Source: an uncultured Candidatus Peribacteria bacterium
GTDB taxonomy: Bacteria; Patescibacteriota; Gracilibacteria; UBA1369; PNNO01
Direction of reading: 5' to 3'
Length of the DNA stretch: 38,473 bases
Assembly (NCBI GenBank): GCA_964346325.1
Contig: CAYFUK010000003.1
Location: 1-38,473 of the forward strand
The position numbers were made by a program, and so were the translations under genes. Positions 37,261 to 38,473 of this stretch are shown here, one piece after another. The notes under the pieces are model-generated. The model saw nothing but the letters and a program-made list of their open reading frames with translations, had not been told where the DNA came from and did not search any database. Within the stretch, counting starts at the first letter, position 1. Each line of letters starts with the position of its first letter.

Positions 37261-38473
37261 ATGTCAGAATTAATTGATCGTATTGAAAAAAATGATCAAC
37301 TCTATCTACAAAGAGCCCGGGAACTGGCCGAACAACATTATGAAGATGCAGATGAAATCGTTCCTGTGAATCTTGAAACAAGAATAATGACCGCCGCCAT
37401 TTTAAGTAGTCAGTATTTAATTGATTTTAACAGAAAAACCATTGCAAATTTGATTCGTTCATTGTCATTACATATTCCCGAAGATAAATATGACAAACCC
37501 CAAATCGAAAACCAGCTGCAGTTTTTTGAAAAAGGAGATATTGATTTATTTGAAATTTTTAAAATCGTACTGCAACAAATAAGCGCACTGAATTTATATG
37601 ACTATCCTGAAATTATCGCAAAAATTCATGAAATAAATCAATTAATATATGATACTTTAAAAGGTGTTCTTGAAGGAGACTTCAGGGCCGATGCCTTAAC
37701 TTCTCTTGATGAAATAATTGATGACACAAGAAATGATGAATTTGAAATTGCGGCAAAAAAAATACTTGAGAAAATCACCGAAGAACTTTCATTAATAGCA
37801 AAAATTAATAGTGTAAAATTGATTTATACCGATCCCGAACCGAATAATAACAATTTATTATCTTTTGAATATCCAAAAACAAAATCCAATAATACATATT
37901 CGGAAAATCCATATAAAAAAGTTGAATGGCAAACTTATGAAGATAAAGATTTAGGAGTGGATTACCTAACTCGACAAACCGAAAAAGGCTGTAAAATGGT
38001 GTTCAAATTGTGCTTTGGTGACGATGAATTCGGATATCTGGAATATGAACTCGGAAGTGAAACGGTGCATCCTTTGATTTTTACAAAAAGCGCATGTATG
38101 AGCGCAATGGTGGATACATTTTTAAATACACGTCTTCAGAATGAAATAAAAAAATTAATAGCGGCAAAAAAACGTGAAATATTAAAAAAACACGACTTTA
38201 GGGAATGGCCGTCAATTTGCAAAGAATTATTAAAATATTTAAGTAAAGTAATAGATAAACCTCTGGCTTTTACATGTAAAAAAAGCCCTTATGAGGATAA
38301 ATCATATTCTGTTTTGGTGGACGGCGAAGAATCAAATGAAGAAGCGGATTTAATCGATTTTATCAGATACACATTAGACCGGGGCGGAGAAATGCATGAC
38401 CTGGAGATTGATGCGGGAGACGGCCAATTGAGAATAGGTAGTGTTGTTGTAACGGTAAATGATGAAACAAGAA
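37261..38473 (+). CDS. Hypothetical protein, 3'-truncated by window edge (absent from ORF track)
   Basis: ATG at 37261 (MSELIDRIEKNDQLYLQRAREL...) stays open for about 404 codons to the end of the window. Confidence 0.85.
   Translation, partial: MSELIDRIEKNDQLYLQRARELAEQHYEDADEIVPVNLETRIMTAAILSSQYLIDFNRKTIANLIRSLSLHIPEDKYDKPQIENQLQFFEKGDIDLFEIFKIVLQQISALNLYDYPEIIAKIHEINQLIYDTLKGVLEGDFRADALTSLDEIIDDTRNDEFEIAAKKILEKITEELSLIAKINSVKLIYTDPEPNNNNLLSFEYPKTKSNNTYSENPYKKVEWQTYEDKDLGVDYLTRQTEKGCKMVFKLCFGDDEFGYLEYELGSETVHPLIFTKSACMSAMVDTFLNTRLQNEIKKLIAAKKREILKKHDFREWPSICKELLKYLSKVIDKPLAFTCKKSPYEDKSYSVLVDGEESNEEADLIDFIRYTLDRGGEMHDLEIDAGDGQLRIGSVVVTVNDETR

Noticed and set aside
1-38473. Alternative genetic code (UGA=Gly, as in Gracilibacteria/Absconditabacteria)
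   Set aside because: Long genes are intact under code 11 and TGA terminates genes at expected positions (e.g. OFOR alpha at 6534-6536).

Overview
AT-rich, gene-dense bacterial chromosome segment using the standard genetic code (TGA serves as a stop). It most likely comes from a Patescibacteria/CPR organism of Peregrinibacteria type, inferred from the SLH-domain surface protein, the general lack of Shine-Dalgarno motifs, tail-to-tail overlaps and an intron-containing tRNA-Asn. It carries housekeeping and stress genes: gmk, ahpC, flavodoxin with 2-oxoacid:ferredoxin oxidoreductase alpha/beta, pdxST, two TspO paralogs, a GT4-GH57-GH15 alpha-glucan cluster, Fe/Mn SOD, OpuA betaine ABC transporter, zur-znuACB, ilvN-ssb-ilvC, a kinase-dCMP deaminase fusion and an EndoQ/UvrD pair. 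It also has tRNA-Gln(CTG) and a tRNA-Asn(GTT) split inside its anticodon by a 238-nt group I intron. The most unusual element is an unannotated ~520-nt intergenic unit (about 3100-3625). It has a consensus sigma70 promoter, a boxA-like motif and an extensively base-paired multi-helix RNA whose central loop encloses a 36-codon (Q/R)NKNK-repeat mini-ORF. I cannot match it to any RNA family I know. All structures were folded by eye and no database searches were run.
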